Shown: positions 1 to 10,634, counted from the first letter of the stretch. The stretch: 64,000 bases of DNA from Vicinamibacteria bacterium (GCA_964291235.2 OZ219816.1:1248001-1312000), one strand, 5' to 3'. The notes: generated from the sequence alone by a model not told the origin. Translations and numbers: made by a program.

Positions 1-1034
1 TCCGGGACATCGTGCGCTGGCACTTCTCCAAGGACACGGGATGTTCCTTCTGGCTGGACTTCCGGAAGCGGCTGGACTTTGACCCGCTCACTGCGATTCA
101 GGGTTTTGACGACTTGAGGCGGTTTCCGCCATTCGAGGACGAATGGCTCCGGGGAGGCCCGATGCGACGCTGGATCCCCGCGCCCTATCAGGATCGCCCG
201 CTCTACGTCTTCGAAACCGGGGGAACCACCGGAATTCCGAAGAGCCGCACCTCCGTGGACGACTTCCGGATCGACTACGAACTGTTCAGCGCGGTCCTTT
301 CCGAGGAGCACTTCCCCCCCGGGTCCAACTGGCTGATGCTGGGGCCATCGGGCCCGCGCCGGCTGCGGCTCGCGGTGGAACATCTGGCCCAGTTCCGGGG
401 CGGGATCGCGTTCTGTGTGGATCTCGACCCCCGCTGGGTCATCAAGCTGATCAAGAAAGGCTGGACCGAACACCTGCTGGCGTACCAGGCGCACGTGATC
501 GACCAGGCGCTCACCGTCCTCTCCGCCGGGCACGACATCCAGTGCCTCTTCACGACGCCGAAGTTGCTCGAAGCGCTCTGTCTGCGACTTGAGGACGAGG
601 GGAGGACGCTTGCCGAAACAGGCATCCGGGGCATCTTTTCCGGGGGTACGGAGTTCACCCCGCAGTGGACGCGGTTCGCGATGGAGGAGTTGCTCGACGG
701 TGTCTTCCTGCAACCCACCTACGGCAACACCCTGATGGGTCTCGCCCCGGCGCGTCCTCCGACTCCGGAGGACGGCTACCAGATCGCCTACTACCCGCCG
801 CTGCCCCGCGCCGTCCTGGAAGTCGTGAATCCCGATACCGGCGAGGTGGTGGACTACGGGGCAACCGGCCGGGTGCGCCTCACGACGCTCACCCGGGAGT
901 TCTTCGTCCCCGGTTTCCTGGAGCGCGACGAGGGCGAGCGGGAACCGCCCTGGGGCCCGTACGCGTGGGACGGGGTGAGCGGCGTCCGCCCCTTCGGCAA
1001 GCTTCCGGGCGGCACCACCGTAGGCGTTTACTAA
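1..1034 (+). CDS. ANL-superfamily adenylating enzyme, EhpF/GriC-like (5' truncated)
   Basis: Frame open to the window edge; P-loop-like ETGGTTGIPK, GGTE and TYGNTL motifs, C-terminal FLERDEG; short length resembles EhpF/GriC rather than full acyl-CoA ligases. Confidence 0.7.
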   Translation, partial: RDIVRWHFSKDTGCSFWLDFRKRLDFDPLTAIQGFDDLRRFPPFEDEWLRGGPMRRWIPAPYQDRPLYVFETGGTTGIPKSRTSVDDFRIDYELFSAVLSEEHFPPGSNWLMLGPSGPRRLRLAVEHLAQFRGGIAFCVDLDPRWVIKLIKKGWTEHLLAYQAHVIDQALTVLSAGHDIQCLFTTPKLLEALCLRLEDEGRTLAETGIRGIFSGGTEFTPQWTRFAMEELLDGVFLQPTYGNTLMGLAPARPPTPEDGYQIAYYPPLPRAVLEVVNPDTGEVVDYGATGRVRLTTLTREFFVPGFLERDEGEREPPWGPYAWDGVSGVRPFGKLPGGTTVGVY

Positions 1035-1098
1035 CCTCCGTTCGCGTGCCGCGGACGGTGCGTCCGCCGGCAGGAGCGAGCCTCCCGAGGAGGACACG

Positions 1099-3567
1099 AT
1101 GATGACCTGGCGAACCTGGATCCGGAACGGCGGGCGCCGACTCCTCCTGGCGGTGGCCGTCACCGCCGCCGTCCCCGGCGCCGCGAGCGCCCAGTCCGAA
1201 ACGGTGCTGATCCGCGGGCAGACGATCCACACGGTCACCGGCGGGACCCTTTCCGGGGGGGAGATCCTGATCCGGGACGGGGTGATCGAGGCGGTGGGGG
1301 CGTCGGTGGACGCCCCGGCGGACGCCCGCGTGTACGAAGCCGAGGTCGTCATCCCGGGCCTGATCGACGCCCACGCGCATCTCGCGCTGGACCGTTCCAG
1401 CCGTGCGCGGATCCCCGGCCCGGTAACCGCGGAGTGGAAGGCCGTGGAGCACCTCGATCTTGCGGATCCCATGATTCAGGTGGCGCTCTCGGGAGGCGTG
1501 ACGTCCCTCGTCACGCGCTCGGGCAGCGGCATCATTTCCAGCGGGCAGGCGGTCGCTCTCAAGGCGAAGCGCGTTCCCGGCCCGGAGATGATCCTCAAGC
1601 CCTACGTGGACCTGAAGATGGCCGTACGCCCGCTGATCAACCTGCGGCCCGGCGAGACCCCGCAGACGGTCATGGGGTGGTACGCCACCGCCGACGAGTA
1701 CTTCCGCCGCGCCGAAGCCTACGTGCGGGAGCAGGAAGCGCATGCCGCCGGGACCGGACCCGCTCCGGAGCGCGACGAGCGCCTGGAGGCGTTCGCGGCC
1801 GTGATCCGCGGGGAGGTCATGGTCCACGCGCACGCCCACTATCCGAGCGAGGTCATGATGGTGCTCCGGCTCGCGCGGAAGTACGGCTTCTTCGACCGCC
1901 TCGCCATCGCGCACGCCGAGGAGATCTTTCCGCTCACCGAGCTGCTCGCCGGAACCGAGATCGTGCCGGTCATCGGTCCGATGATGATCGTCCAGTACTG
2001 GGGCGACCCCGAGCCCCTGAATCTGCTGAAGGACCTCCTCGACGCGGGTGTGCACGCCAGCATCCAGACGGACATGTCGAACCAGCACTTCAAGGACTTC
2101 CGCGAGTACGGGGCGTTTCTGGCGCGTCACGGCCTCACCGACGACCAGGCGCTCGAGGTAATGACGATCAACGGAGCGCGCGCGATGATGCTCCAGGACC
2201 GGGTGGGGAGCATCGAGGTCGGGAAGGACGCGGACCTGGTGCTGCTCGACGGGCACTTTCTCGACCTGACCGCCGACCGGGTGGAGCGGGTGTTCGTGGA
2301 CGGGCGCCTCGAATACGAGCGCGACCGGGTGCTCCAGGCCGAGCGGCCCCGGGCCGTAGGGCCGTTCACTCCGCTGACCGGAGCGATCACCGCGGACGAC
2401 CGGACCTTCGCGATCACCGGCGCGCACGTGTTCACCGTGAGCGGCGGCGCGATCCCGGACGCCACCCTCGTGGTGGAGGACGGCCGGTTCACCCGGGTGG
2501 AGGCGGAGGCGGCTCCTCCCGCCGGGATGGCGGTCATGGACGTCGGGGGCAGGGTGGTCATGCCGGGAACGGTGATCGCGCGCGCTTTCCCGAACGACTG
2601 GATCGGCGACCTCAAGTGGCAGGTGCAAAACGACGAGATCACCGCACCGGTGGTGCCGGAGATGAACGCCCTCTATGCCGTGGACCCCTGGTTTCCCTCG
2701 TACCGAGTGAACACGACGATCGGGGTGACCGCGATCCACGTCACCCCGGGCACCCGCAATCTGGTGGGCGGGAACGGGGTCCTGGTAAAGACCCCCGGCC
2801 TCGACTTCGAAAAGATGGTGCGCCGCGAGCCGGCCAGCATGGTGTTCGCCCTCACCGCTTCGGCGCTCCGGGAATGGACCGATGAGGCCGGGGCGTCGCT
2901 GACGCTCGAGAGCGCGTCCGCGATGATCCGACGGACCCTGGACGCCGCCCGGAGCTACGCGGAGGCGGAAGGGTTCCGCGACTACGACGCGCGCCTCGAG
3001 GCGCTCGGGCCGCTACTCCGGCGAGAGGTGCCGGCGATGGTCCATGCGGACCGCGTGGTCGAGATCGAAGCGGCGCTGAGCCTCGCGGAGGACTACGGCC
3101 TGCGGCTCGTGATCACCGGCGGGGTCGAGGCGCACCGGTTGGCCGACCGGCTGGCGGCGGCGGGCGCGGGAGTCATTCTGGGCAACTCGGGAAGCTACGC
3201 CTCGGACATCCGGGGCGGTGGCGATGGCTGGAGCGTGGAGGGGCCGGCGATCCTGAACCGGGCGGGCGTGAAGGTGGCCTTTTACGGTCCGGGCGCCTCG
3301 CGGCGGGCTTCGCCCATCGGGCGGCTGGGGGGTGAGCCGATCCTCAACGCGGCGTGGGCGTTCCGCAACGGGGTCCCGGAGGTGGACGCGCTGAAGATGG
3401 CAACGCTCCATGCAGCCGAACTGGTGGACGCAGGCGACCGGATCGGAAGCATCGAGCCGGGCAAGGACGCGGACTTCGTCATTCTGGAAGGGCACCCGTT
3501 CGATTACCGGGTATTGCCGGGGTGGGTGTTCGTGGACGGGAGGTCGGAGGCCGGCAATCCGCCGTAG
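1099..3567 (+). CDS. Exported two-domain amidohydrolase-family protein
   Basis: Signal peptide; PGLIDAHAH metal motif; two GSIExGKDAD C-terminal motifs; RBS gaggagg. Confidence 0.85.
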   Translation: MMTWRTWIRNGGRRLLLAVAVTAAVPGAASAQSETVLIRGQTIHTVTGGTLSGGEILIRDGVIEAVGASVDAPADARVYEAEVVIPGLIDAHAHLALDRSSRARIPGPVTAEWKAVEHLDLADPMIQVALSGGVTSLVTRSGSGIISSGQAVALKAKRVPGPEMILKPYVDLKMAVRPLINLRPGETPQTVMGWYATADEYFRRAEAYVREQEAHAAGTGPAPERDERLEAFAAVIRGEVMVHAHAHYPSEVMMVLRLARKYGFFDRLAIAHAEEIFPLTELLAGTEIVPVIGPMMIVQYWGDPEPLNLLKDLLDAGVHASIQTDMSNQHFKDFREYGAFLARHGLTDDQALEVMTINGARAMMLQDRVGSIEVGKDADLVLLDGHFLDLTADRVERVFVDGRLEYERDRVLQAERPRAVGPFTPLTGAITADDRTFAITGAHVFTVSGGAIPDATLVVEDGRFTRVEAEAAPPAGMAVMDVGGRVVMPGTVIARAFPNDWIGDLKWQVQNDEITAPVVPEMNALYAVDPWFPSYRVNTTIGVTAIHVTPGTRNLVGGNGVLVKTPGLDFEKMVRREPASMVFALTASALREWTDEAGASLTLESASAMIRRTLDAARSYAEAEGFRDYDARLEALGPLLRREVPAMVHADRVVEIEAALSLAEDYGLRLVITGGVEAHRLADRLAAAGAGVILGNSGSYASDIRGGGDGWSVEGPAILNRAGVKVAFYGPGASRRASPIGRLGGEPILNAAWAFRNGVPEVDALKMATLHAAELVDAGDRIGSIEPGKDADFVILEGHPFDYRVLPGWVFVDGRSEAGNPP

Positions 3568-3593
3568 GAAACACTCCCTCCTGAACAGCCTCC

Positions 3594-3623
3594 TTGACTT
3601 TCAGGTGGTTTGTGGCATCTACT
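3594..3623 (+). promoter_or_regulatory. Possible sigma70 promoter for the cold-shock gene
   Basis: TTGACT at 3594-3599 with weak -10 (TCTACT) 18 nt downstream; implies a ~155 nt 5' UTR as typical of csp genes. Confidence 0.4.
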
Positions 3624-3783
3624 CCCGCCTTCTTGCGCGCACCGGCCTGGTGCGATCCAGGATCGTCGCTACCGCGACCGGTCTCCCGATCCCCTGCCGA
3701 TGCGAGCTTCAAACCGAGCGCCCCCGCACTTTGAGCGGGGCGCCCAAAACAACAACTATTGTTGGCTGTTAGAGGAACGATTC

Positions 3784-3993
3784 ATGGCTACCGGCACGGT
3801 AAAGTGGTTTAACGCGGCGAAGGGCTTCGGGTTCATCGAGCCCGAGGACCGTTCAAAGGACGTCTTCGTCCACATCTCGGAGGTGGAGAAAGCCGGGATG
3901 AATTCGCTTCGCGAAGGCCAGAAGGTCTCGTATGAACTTCAGGTTGGAAACAACGGCAAGACGTCCGCCGGAAATCTGTCCTCCGCCGACTAG
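3784..3993 (+). CDS. cspA: Cold-shock protein (CspA family)
   Basis: [18 protein letters not shown]...DVFVHIS: RNP1/RNP2 motifs; 69 aa; RBS agagg. Confidence 0.95.
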   Translation: MATGTVKWFNAAKGFGFIEPEDRSKDVFVHISEVEKAGMNSLREGQKVSYELQVGNNGKTSAGNLSSAD

Positions 3994-4149
3994 ATAGTCG
4001 GGGCTCCCCGTCTCCGGACGGGTGTCGCCCCAGCCCGGTCCTTCCAGACGAACGGACCACGAGCCGGCCGATGAGGCCGCATCACGTCTGTGGTCTGGAA
4101 ACCTGCGCGCCGTGCGCTACCCGCGTAGGCTGGGCGCAAGGCGCTGGTT

Positions 4150-4188
4150 TCGCGCTTCCGCGCGATGCCGACCGGACGTCGGCGTTCC
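4150..4188. repeat. REP-like double hairpin (variant copy)
   Basis: TCGCGC-TTCC-GCGCGA then GCCGAC-CGGAC-GTCGGC-GTTCC; same layout as 21281-21600 units; lies between convergent genes. Confidence 0.5.
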
Positions 4189-4248
4189 ATGCCCAGGCGC
4201 CATACGGCCTCTGAGCGGCGTGGGGCGGCCTCGGAATCGGTTGGGGAA

Positions 4249-6267
4249 TCAGTTCGTCGTGGGCTGGGTGCGGTACTTGTCGAACCAGGCCACGATGTTG
4301 GCGATTTTCGCCATCAACTGACTGGGGCGGCGGCTCATGTCGTGGGACGCGCCCGGCAACCGGACCACGGCGGTATCGATGCCGCGGAACTTGAGGGCGT
4401 GAAACAACTGGTATGACTCCGACAGGGGTGTCCGGAGATCCTCCGCGCCGGTGAGAATCAGCGTCGGCGTCTCCACGTTCCCGGCGAGGGAGAGCGGCGA
4501 GAACCTCCAGTAGGGCTCGGGATTCTCCCAGGGCAGGCCCTCGTAGCGGCTGAAGTAATAGCCGTACCAGTTGTCGGCGGTCAGGGTCTTGCTGATCCAG
4601 TTGACGACGGGCTTTTGCGACACCGCGGCACGGAAGCGATCGGTCTTGCCGACGATCCAGGCGGTCATGATGCCGCCGGCGCTGCCCCCGGTGACGAACA
4701 GGTTGTCTTCGTCCACGTAGCCCCGGGCGATCACGGCGTCCACCCCGGACATCAGGTCGTCGTAGTCGTTGCCGGGATAGTTGCGGTAGAGCAGGTCCCC
4801 GAACTCCTGGCCGTAGCTGGTGCTCCCGCGCGGATTGGCGTAGAGCACCACGTACCCGGCGGCCGCGAGCAGTTGCATTTCCGCCGAGAAGCGGTCGCCG
4901 TAGTTGGAAATCGGGCCGCCGTGGATTTCGAGGATCAACGGATATCTGCGACTCGGGTCGAAATCCGGCGGCTTGACGATCCAGCCGTGCACCGGCCGGC
5001 CGTCGAAAGAGGAGTCCCACCAGATCTCCTCGACCTCGCCCAGGGTCTTGCCGGCGAGCAGGTCTTCGTTGAGCCCGGTGATCTGGCGGATCGACTCCCC
5101 GTGCTGGCCGACGGCCAGCTCGCCCGGCATTCCCGGGCGGCTCTGGTTGAACGCGAAGGCGCCGGTTTCGGCAACCGAGAAGGAACCGCCGCCGTAGGGA
5201 CGGCCGTACGAGGTTCCCCCGAGATCCTCCCCGAGGACTTCGACCTCGCCGTCAAGGGTGACGAACGCGACCTTCGAGTTTCCCTCGTCGTCGTACTGGA
5301 AGTAGATGCGGTGCCCGTCCGCGGCCCACACGGGGTTCGAGACGCTCCGGTCGAGGCCAGTGGTCACTACCCGCTGGCCGCTGCCGTCCAGGTTCATGAC
5401 CTCGAGCCGGCTGACCTGGTAGGTCCGTACCTGGTCCTCATAGCCCACGAACGCGATCTGTTGCCCGTCGGGAGACACCGCGGGGCTGCGATCGGGCCCC
5501 TTCCGGTCGGTCAGCGCCCGGATTTCTCCCCCGGCCACGGGCGCGATGTAGAGCTCCGAGTTGCGGTAGTCGAGCACCCAGTCCGGACTGCGGTTCGAGG
5601 AGAAGACGAGATTCCCGCCGTCCGGTGTCCAGGCGGCCGGGCTGGAATGCTGGAAATCGCCGGAAGTGACCTGCACCGGCGTGCCGCCTTCGACGGGGAG
5701 AACGAAGATGTGCTGGTAGCCGAAGTCGAGGTACCCGACGCCGTCCTGCCGGTTCTTGAAGCGATCCTCCATGATCGGGGGATCGGCCCACTCCGCGCCC
5801 GGGGGCGGTTTGGGCGGCGGGGCAAGCTGGGGCGCCGCGTGAGGCACCAGCATGTTGAAGGCGAGCTGGCGCCCGTCCGGCGACCAGCGGATGCCGCGGG
5901 GTGATTCCAGAAGCTGGGTGAGGGTCGCCGTCTCGCCGCTGTCCATCCAGCGCAGCTGGATCTGTCCGCTCGCGGTATAGGCGATGCGAGTGCCGTCCGG
6001 GGACCAGCGCGGGGATGAGCCCGCCGCCAGACGCCGGTGATCGCTGCCGTCGGCGTTCACCAGCCACAACTCGGAGCGCCGCCGATCGCGCATGATGTCC
6101 ATCGAAGTGCGGACGTACACGACCTGGCTGCCGTCCGGGGATATCTGCGGGTCGGCCGCGAATTCGAGCTGGAAGACGTCCATCGGCTCGAATGGCGTTT
6201 GGGCGCCGGCGGCGGCCGGCAAGGTCAACGCGGCGGCGAGGGCAAGGAGTTGCGTGATCCTGAACAT
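4249..6267 (-). CDS. S9 family peptidase (acylaminoacyl/dipeptidyl aminopeptidase), paralog 1
   Basis: Signal peptide, WSPDG propeller repeats, IHGGP, GGSAGG nucleophile, D-L-R and H catalytic residues. Confidence 0.93.
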   Translation of the reverse strand: MFRITQLLALAAALTLPAAAGAQTPFEPMDVFQLEFAADPQISPDGSQVVYVRTSMDIMRDRRRSELWLVNADGSDHRRLAAGSSPRWSPDGTRIAYTASGQIQLRWMDSGETATLTQLLESPRGIRWSPDGRQLAFNMLVPHAAPQLAPPPKPPPGAEWADPPIMEDRFKNRQDGVGYLDFGYQHIFVLPVEGGTPVQVTSGDFQHSSPAAWTPDGGNLVFSSNRSPDWVLDYRNSELYIAPVAGGEIRALTDRKGPDRSPAVSPDGQQIAFVGYEDQVRTYQVSRLEVMNLDGSGQRVVTTGLDRSVSNPVWAADGHRIYFQYDDEGNSKVAFVTLDGEVEVLGEDLGGTSYGRPYGGGSFSVAETGAFAFNQSRPGMPGELAVGQHGESIRQITGLNEDLLAGKTLGEVEEIWWDSSFDGRPVHGWIVKPPDFDPSRRYPLILEIHGGPISNYGDRFSAEMQLLAAAGYVVLYANPRGSTSYGQEFGDLLYRNYPGNDYDDLMSGVDAVIARGYVDEDNLFVTGGSAGGIMTAWIVGKTDRFRAAVSQKPVVNWISKTLTADNWYGYYFSRYEGLPWENPEPYWRFSPLSLAGNVETPTLILTGAEDLRTPLSESYQLFHALKFRGIDTAVVRLPGASHDMSRRPSQLMAKIANIVAWFDKYRTQPTTN

Positions 6268-6353
6268 GTCTTGACTCCCGGGCTGGGGTAGGGGGCTGAA
6301 GCGGCTAACCGGCGGCTAGCGGGGGCGAGGCAACGTAACAGAGACGCGCGGGA

Positions 6354-8369
6354 TCAATTCCCGGATGACGTCCGGTACTTCTCGAACCAGGCGATCTGGT
6401 TCGCCACCTTGGCGATCAGCTCGCTCGGGCGGCGGCTCATGTTGTGGAAGGCCCCGGGGATGCGGACCACCGCCGTATCGATGCCGCGGAACTTCAGCGC
6501 GTGGAACAGTTGATACGACTCCGACAGCGGCGTCCGGAGATCCAGCGAACCCGTAAGCACCATAGTCGGGGTGCTCACGTTTCCCACCAGGGAGAGCGGC
6601 GAGAACTTCCAGTAGGGCTCCGGATCCTCCCAGGGCAGTCCCTCGTAGCGATTGCCGAAGTAGTTGAACCAGTTGTCGGCAGTCAGCGTCTTGCTGATCC
6701 AGTTGATGACGGGTTTTTCGGAAACGGCGGCGCGGAAGCGGTCGGTTTTCCCCACGATCCAGGCCGTCATGATGCCGCCGGCGCTTCCGCCGGTAACGAA
6801 GAGATTGTCTTCGTCCACGTAGCCGCGGGCGATCACCGCGTCCACTCCGGACATGAGGTCGTCAAAGTCGTTGCCGGGATAGTTGTGGTAGAGCAGGTCC
6901 CCGAATTCCTCCCCGTAGCTGGTGCTGCCCCGGGGGTTCGCGTAGAGGACGACGTAGCCGGCGGCGGCGAACAACTGCATCTCGGCTGAGAACCGATCGC
7001 CGTAGTGGGCGATCGGGCCGCCGTGAATCTCCAGAATGAAGGGATAGCGGCGGGACGGATCGAAACCCGGCGGCTTCACGATCCATCCCTGGACCGGGCG
7101 CCCGTCGGCAGACGAGTCCCACCAGATCTCCTCGACCTCGCCGAGCGTCCGCTGACGCAGCAAATCCTCGTTGAGCGAGGTGATCCGCCGCACCGATTCT
7201 CCGGGCGCACCGGCCGCAACCTCGCCCGGCTGATCGGGGCGCGTCTGGTTGAAGGCGAAGGCGCCGGTGTCGGCGACCGAGAAAGAGCCGCTGCCGTAGG
7301 GAAGCCCGTAGGCGGATCCGCCGCCGCTTTCCCCGAGAACGGCGACCTCGCCGTCGAGGGTCGTGAAGGCGACCTTCCGGTTTCCCTCGTCGTCGTAGTG
7401 GAAGTAGATGCGGTGCCCGTCCGCCGCCCACACCGGGTTCGAAACGCTCCGGTCGAGGCCGCTTGTGACCACCCGGCGCCCGCTCCCGTCCAGGTTCATC
7501 ACTTCGAGGCGGCGGACCTGGTAGGTGCGGAGCCGGTCCTCGTTGCCCACGAACGCGACCTGCTGCCCGTCGGGGGACACGGCCGGGCTGTGGTCAGGGC
7601 CGTTCCGGCTGGTCAGCGCCCGGATCTCTCCGCCCCCGACCGGCGCGAGGTAGAGCTCCGAGTTGCGGTAGTCGCGCTCCCAATCAGGCTTGCGGTTCGA
7701 TGAGAAGACGAGTTGAAGTCCGTCCGGGGTCCAGGCCGCGGGCCCGGAATGCTGGAAGTCGCCGGTGGTGACCTGGACTGGCGTGCCGCCTTCCACCGGG
7801 AGCACGAAGAGGTGGTCGTAACCGAAGTCGAGATAGCCCACCCCGTCCTGCTTGCTCTTGAAGCGGTCTTCCATGATGGGAGGATCGGCCCACGTGGCGC
7901 CGGGGGGCGGCTTGGGAGGGGCGACGAGTTGGGGCGGGGGGTACGGCACCAGCTTGTTGAAGGCGAGCCTCCGGCCGTCGGGTGACCAACGGATGTTTCG
8001 CGGCGGCTCGAGGACTTGCGTGAGGGTGGCGGTCTCGCCGGTGTCCATCCAGCGAAGCTCGATCTGGCCGTCCGCGACATACGCGACCCGCGTCCCGTCG
8101 GGGGACCAGCGCGGACCTGCGCCGGCGCTCAGGGGGCGGTGGCCGGTCCCGTCGGTGTTCACGATCCACAGCTCGGTGCGTTGGCGGTCCTTCATGATGT
8201 CCATGGAGGTGCGGACGTAAACGACCTGCGAACCATCCGGCGAGATCTGGGGATCCACCGCGAACTCGAGCTGGAATACGTCCATCGGCTGGAACGCGGT
8301 TTGGGCCCCCGCCGACGCGGGGACGGCCCAGGCAGCGGCGAGGGCAAGTGTGAGCGTGATCCTGGGCAT
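6354..8369 (-). CDS. S9 family peptidase, paralog 2
   Basis: Same motifs, collinear and highly similar to 4249-6267. Confidence 0.93.
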   Translation of the reverse strand: MPRITLTLALAAAWAVPASAGAQTAFQPMDVFQLEFAVDPQISPDGSQVVYVRTSMDIMKDRQRTELWIVNTDGTGHRPLSAGAGPRWSPDGTRVAYVADGQIELRWMDTGETATLTQVLEPPRNIRWSPDGRRLAFNKLVPYPPPQLVAPPKPPPGATWADPPIMEDRFKSKQDGVGYLDFGYDHLFVLPVEGGTPVQVTTGDFQHSGPAAWTPDGLQLVFSSNRKPDWERDYRNSELYLAPVGGGEIRALTSRNGPDHSPAVSPDGQQVAFVGNEDRLRTYQVRRLEVMNLDGSGRRVVTSGLDRSVSNPVWAADGHRIYFHYDDEGNRKVAFTTLDGEVAVLGESGGGSAYGLPYGSGSFSVADTGAFAFNQTRPDQPGEVAAGAPGESVRRITSLNEDLLRQRTLGEVEEIWWDSSADGRPVQGWIVKPPGFDPSRRYPFILEIHGGPIAHYGDRFSAEMQLFAAAGYVVLYANPRGSTSYGEEFGDLLYHNYPGNDFDDLMSGVDAVIARGYVDEDNLFVTGGSAGGIMTAWIVGKTDRFRAAVSEKPVINWISKTLTADNWFNYFGNRYEGLPWEDPEPYWKFSPLSLVGNVSTPTMVLTGSLDLRTPLSESYQLFHALKFRGIDTAVVRIPGAFHNMSRRPSELIAKVANQIAWFEKYRTSSGN

Positions 8370-8491
8370 GTGGCGGCTCCTGAATTGGGGGCTGGCGGGC
8401 GAGCTTCGGACGGTAGCAAACCCCCGTCCGGTGGATCATGTCGGAGAGGAACAGAGAACGGCTACCGGCACCCGCTAGACTCCGTCGCCCC

Positions 8492-9913
8492 GTGATCCGA
8501 GTTCCCGTCCTCCGTTGGGGAAAGCCCTACAACAGCCTCGAGACAACCACCGTTTCCCACTTCCTGACCGGGGAACCGATCGCCGAGGTCGATCAGGCCG
8601 CCGCCGGCATGGTCAAGCGCGATCTGCGGCGGGCGGACCGGGCGCGGGCGGCGCTCAAGGAAATCCCCATCCCGGAACTCCTCGACCGGATCAAGGTGGC
8701 CGCCCGGCTCTACATGGAAGCCGACCTGCCACTAGGGGACGGAGTGCAGACCCCCGAGGAGTTCGTCCACGCGCAGTCGGCCAGCACCGGCCTTCCGGAG
8801 TCCATGTGCCGCGCCAACATGGAAAAGAACCGCTTCGTTCTGGAGCGGATGGACCAGGTACTGGACGCGCTCACCCGCGGGCTCGATCTTGACATCCTCT
8901 CGGCGGGGCACGGGATCGAGGAGCGGGGGGTTCCGATCTCCTACCAGGCGCAGACGCCGGTGCTCGCCTGCGTTCTCCCGTCGAACTCCCCGGGAGTCCA
9001 CACGCTCTGGCTCCCGGTGATTCCGCTCCAGATCGGTCTCGTCCTGAAGCCGGGTCCGGAGGAGCCCTGGACGCCGTATCGCATGGCCGAGGCGTTCTTC
9101 GCAGCCGGGATTCCGAGAGAAGCCATTGCCGTCTATCCGGGCGGCGCCGAAGTGGGAGCGGCGGTGGTCGAGAGTGCTCCGCGGACCCTCATCTTCGGGA
9201 GCCGCGCCACTGTCGAGCGGTATCGGAGCAACCCGTCGGTACGGGTCCACGGGCCCGGGTTTTCCAAGATCCTGCTCGGAGACGACCAAGTGGACCGCTG
9301 GGAGGAGCACCTCGACGTGCTCGTCGAGAGTGTCTTCCTGAACAGCGGCCGGAGCTGCATTTCCTGTTCGGGAATCTGGGCCTCCCGTCACACCGAGGAG
9401 ATCGCCGCGGCGCTCGCCGAGCGACTCGCCCCGGTGGCGCCCCGGCCACCCGAAGATCCGGAGAGCGCGCTCGCCGCCTTCACGGTCCCGGGAATGGCGG
9501 AGGCGATCGACCGGGATATCGAGGAGCGGCTCGGCGGCGGCGGAGCGACCGATCTGACCGCTCCCCGGCGCGGCGCCCCGCGCCTTGCCCGGGAGGGACG
9601 GGCCTCCTGGCTCCGGCCCACCGTGCTCCACTGCGACAGCCCGGAGGCGGCGGCCGCCAACGTGGAATACATGTTCCCGTTCGTTTCCGTGGTCCGCTGC
9701 CCCCAGGAAAAGATGATCGGTGGCATCGGCGACACTCTGGTGGCGACCGCGATCACCGACGACGCCGCGTTCCGGGCGGACCTCCTGGAGACGACCTCGA
9801 TCGACCGGCTGAACTTCGGACCGATCCCGACCACCCGGCTCAACTGGCTGCAGCCGCACGAGGGGAACATCCTGGACGTTCTCTACCGTGCCCGAGCCTT
9901 CCAGCGCGCCTGA
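8492..9913 (+). CDS. Aldehyde dehydrogenase-fold protein, acyl-reductase type (GriD/EhpG/LuxC-like)
   Basis: PSNSPG, LKPG, HGPGFSK, NSGRSCIS catalytic Cys, EYMFPF; GTG start at 8492 inferred (ORF open from 8438). Confidence 0.8.
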   Translation: MIRVPVLRWGKPYNSLETTTVSHFLTGEPIAEVDQAAAGMVKRDLRRADRARAALKEIPIPELLDRIKVAARLYMEADLPLGDGVQTPEEFVHAQSASTGLPESMCRANMEKNRFVLERMDQVLDALTRGLDLDILSAGHGIEERGVPISYQAQTPVLACVLPSNSPGVHTLWLPVIPLQIGLVLKPGPEEPWTPYRMAEAFFAAGIPREAIAVYPGGAEVGAAVVESAPRTLIFGSRATVERYRSNPSVRVHGPGFSKILLGDDQVDRWEEHLDVLVESVFLNSGRSCISCSGIWASRHTEEIAAALAERLAPVAPRPPEDPESALAAFTVPGMAEAIDRDIEERLGGGGATDLTAPRRGAPRLAREGRASWLRPTVLHCDSPEAAAANVEYMFPFVSVVRCPQEKMIGGIGDTLVATAITDDAAFRADLLETTSIDRLNFGPIPTTRLNWLQPHEGNILDVLYRARAFQRA

Positions 9914-9919
9914 ACCAAG

Positions 9920-10627
9920 GTGACCGACGCGGCGGCGGCCCCGGCCGGACCCGCGGGTGATGGCCTCGAAGTAGCCGGACTGGTCAAGGACTATCCGGGG
10001 CCCCAGGGCTTCTTGCGGGTGCTCGACGGCGTCGCTTTCGAGCTCCGTCCCGGAGAAGCGGCATCCGTGATGGGCGCCTCCGGCTGCGGAAAGAGCACGC
10101 TCCTGTTTCTGCTCGGAGCGATCGAAGTGCCGTCCGAGGGAGTGGTTCGTCTCGACGGTACGGACCCGCACGACCTCTCGGCGGATGAACAGGCCCGGTT
10201 CCGTCGCGAGCGGGTGGGTTTCGTGTTCCAGGATCACTGCCTCCTCCCGCAGTGCACCGCGATCGAAAACGTGCTGGCCCCGACGCTGCCCGATCCGAGG
10301 CCAGGTGATGCCGAACGCGCCGCCCGTCTCCTCGACCGGGTAGGACTTTCCGGGCGCGCGGCCCATCTGCCAGCCGAACTCTCGGGAGGCGAAAAGCAGC
10401 GGGTGGCGATCGCCCGCGCCCTGGTGCGAACGCCCCGTCTTCTGCTCTGCGATGAACCCACGGGAAATCTCGATGGCGAATCCGCCGCCGGAGTGGCGGA
10501 TCTCCTGCTCGAGGCGGGCGCCCTCGACGAGGGGCGGATCGTCGTCCTGGTAACCCACGATGCGGAACTCGGCGCACGCTTCCCCAAGCGCTACCGGATG
10601 CACCGGGGACGGCTGACCAGCCTCTGA
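9920..10627 (+). CDS. ABC transporter ATP-binding protein (LolD/MacB-like)
   Basis: GASGCGKS Walker A, LSGGEKQRVAIARAL, DEPTGNLD, VTHD. Confidence 0.95.
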   Translation: MTDAAAAPAGPAGDGLEVAGLVKDYPGPQGFLRVLDGVAFELRPGEAASVMGASGCGKSTLLFLLGAIEVPSEGVVRLDGTDPHDLSADEQARFRRERVGFVFQDHCLLPQCTAIENVLAPTLPDPRPGDAERAARLLDRVGLSGRAAHLPAELSGGEKQRVAIARALVRTPRLLLCDEPTGNLDGESAAGVADLLLEAGALDEGRIVVLVTHDAELGARFPKRYRMHRGRLTSL

Positions 10628-10634
10628 GGAAGCC

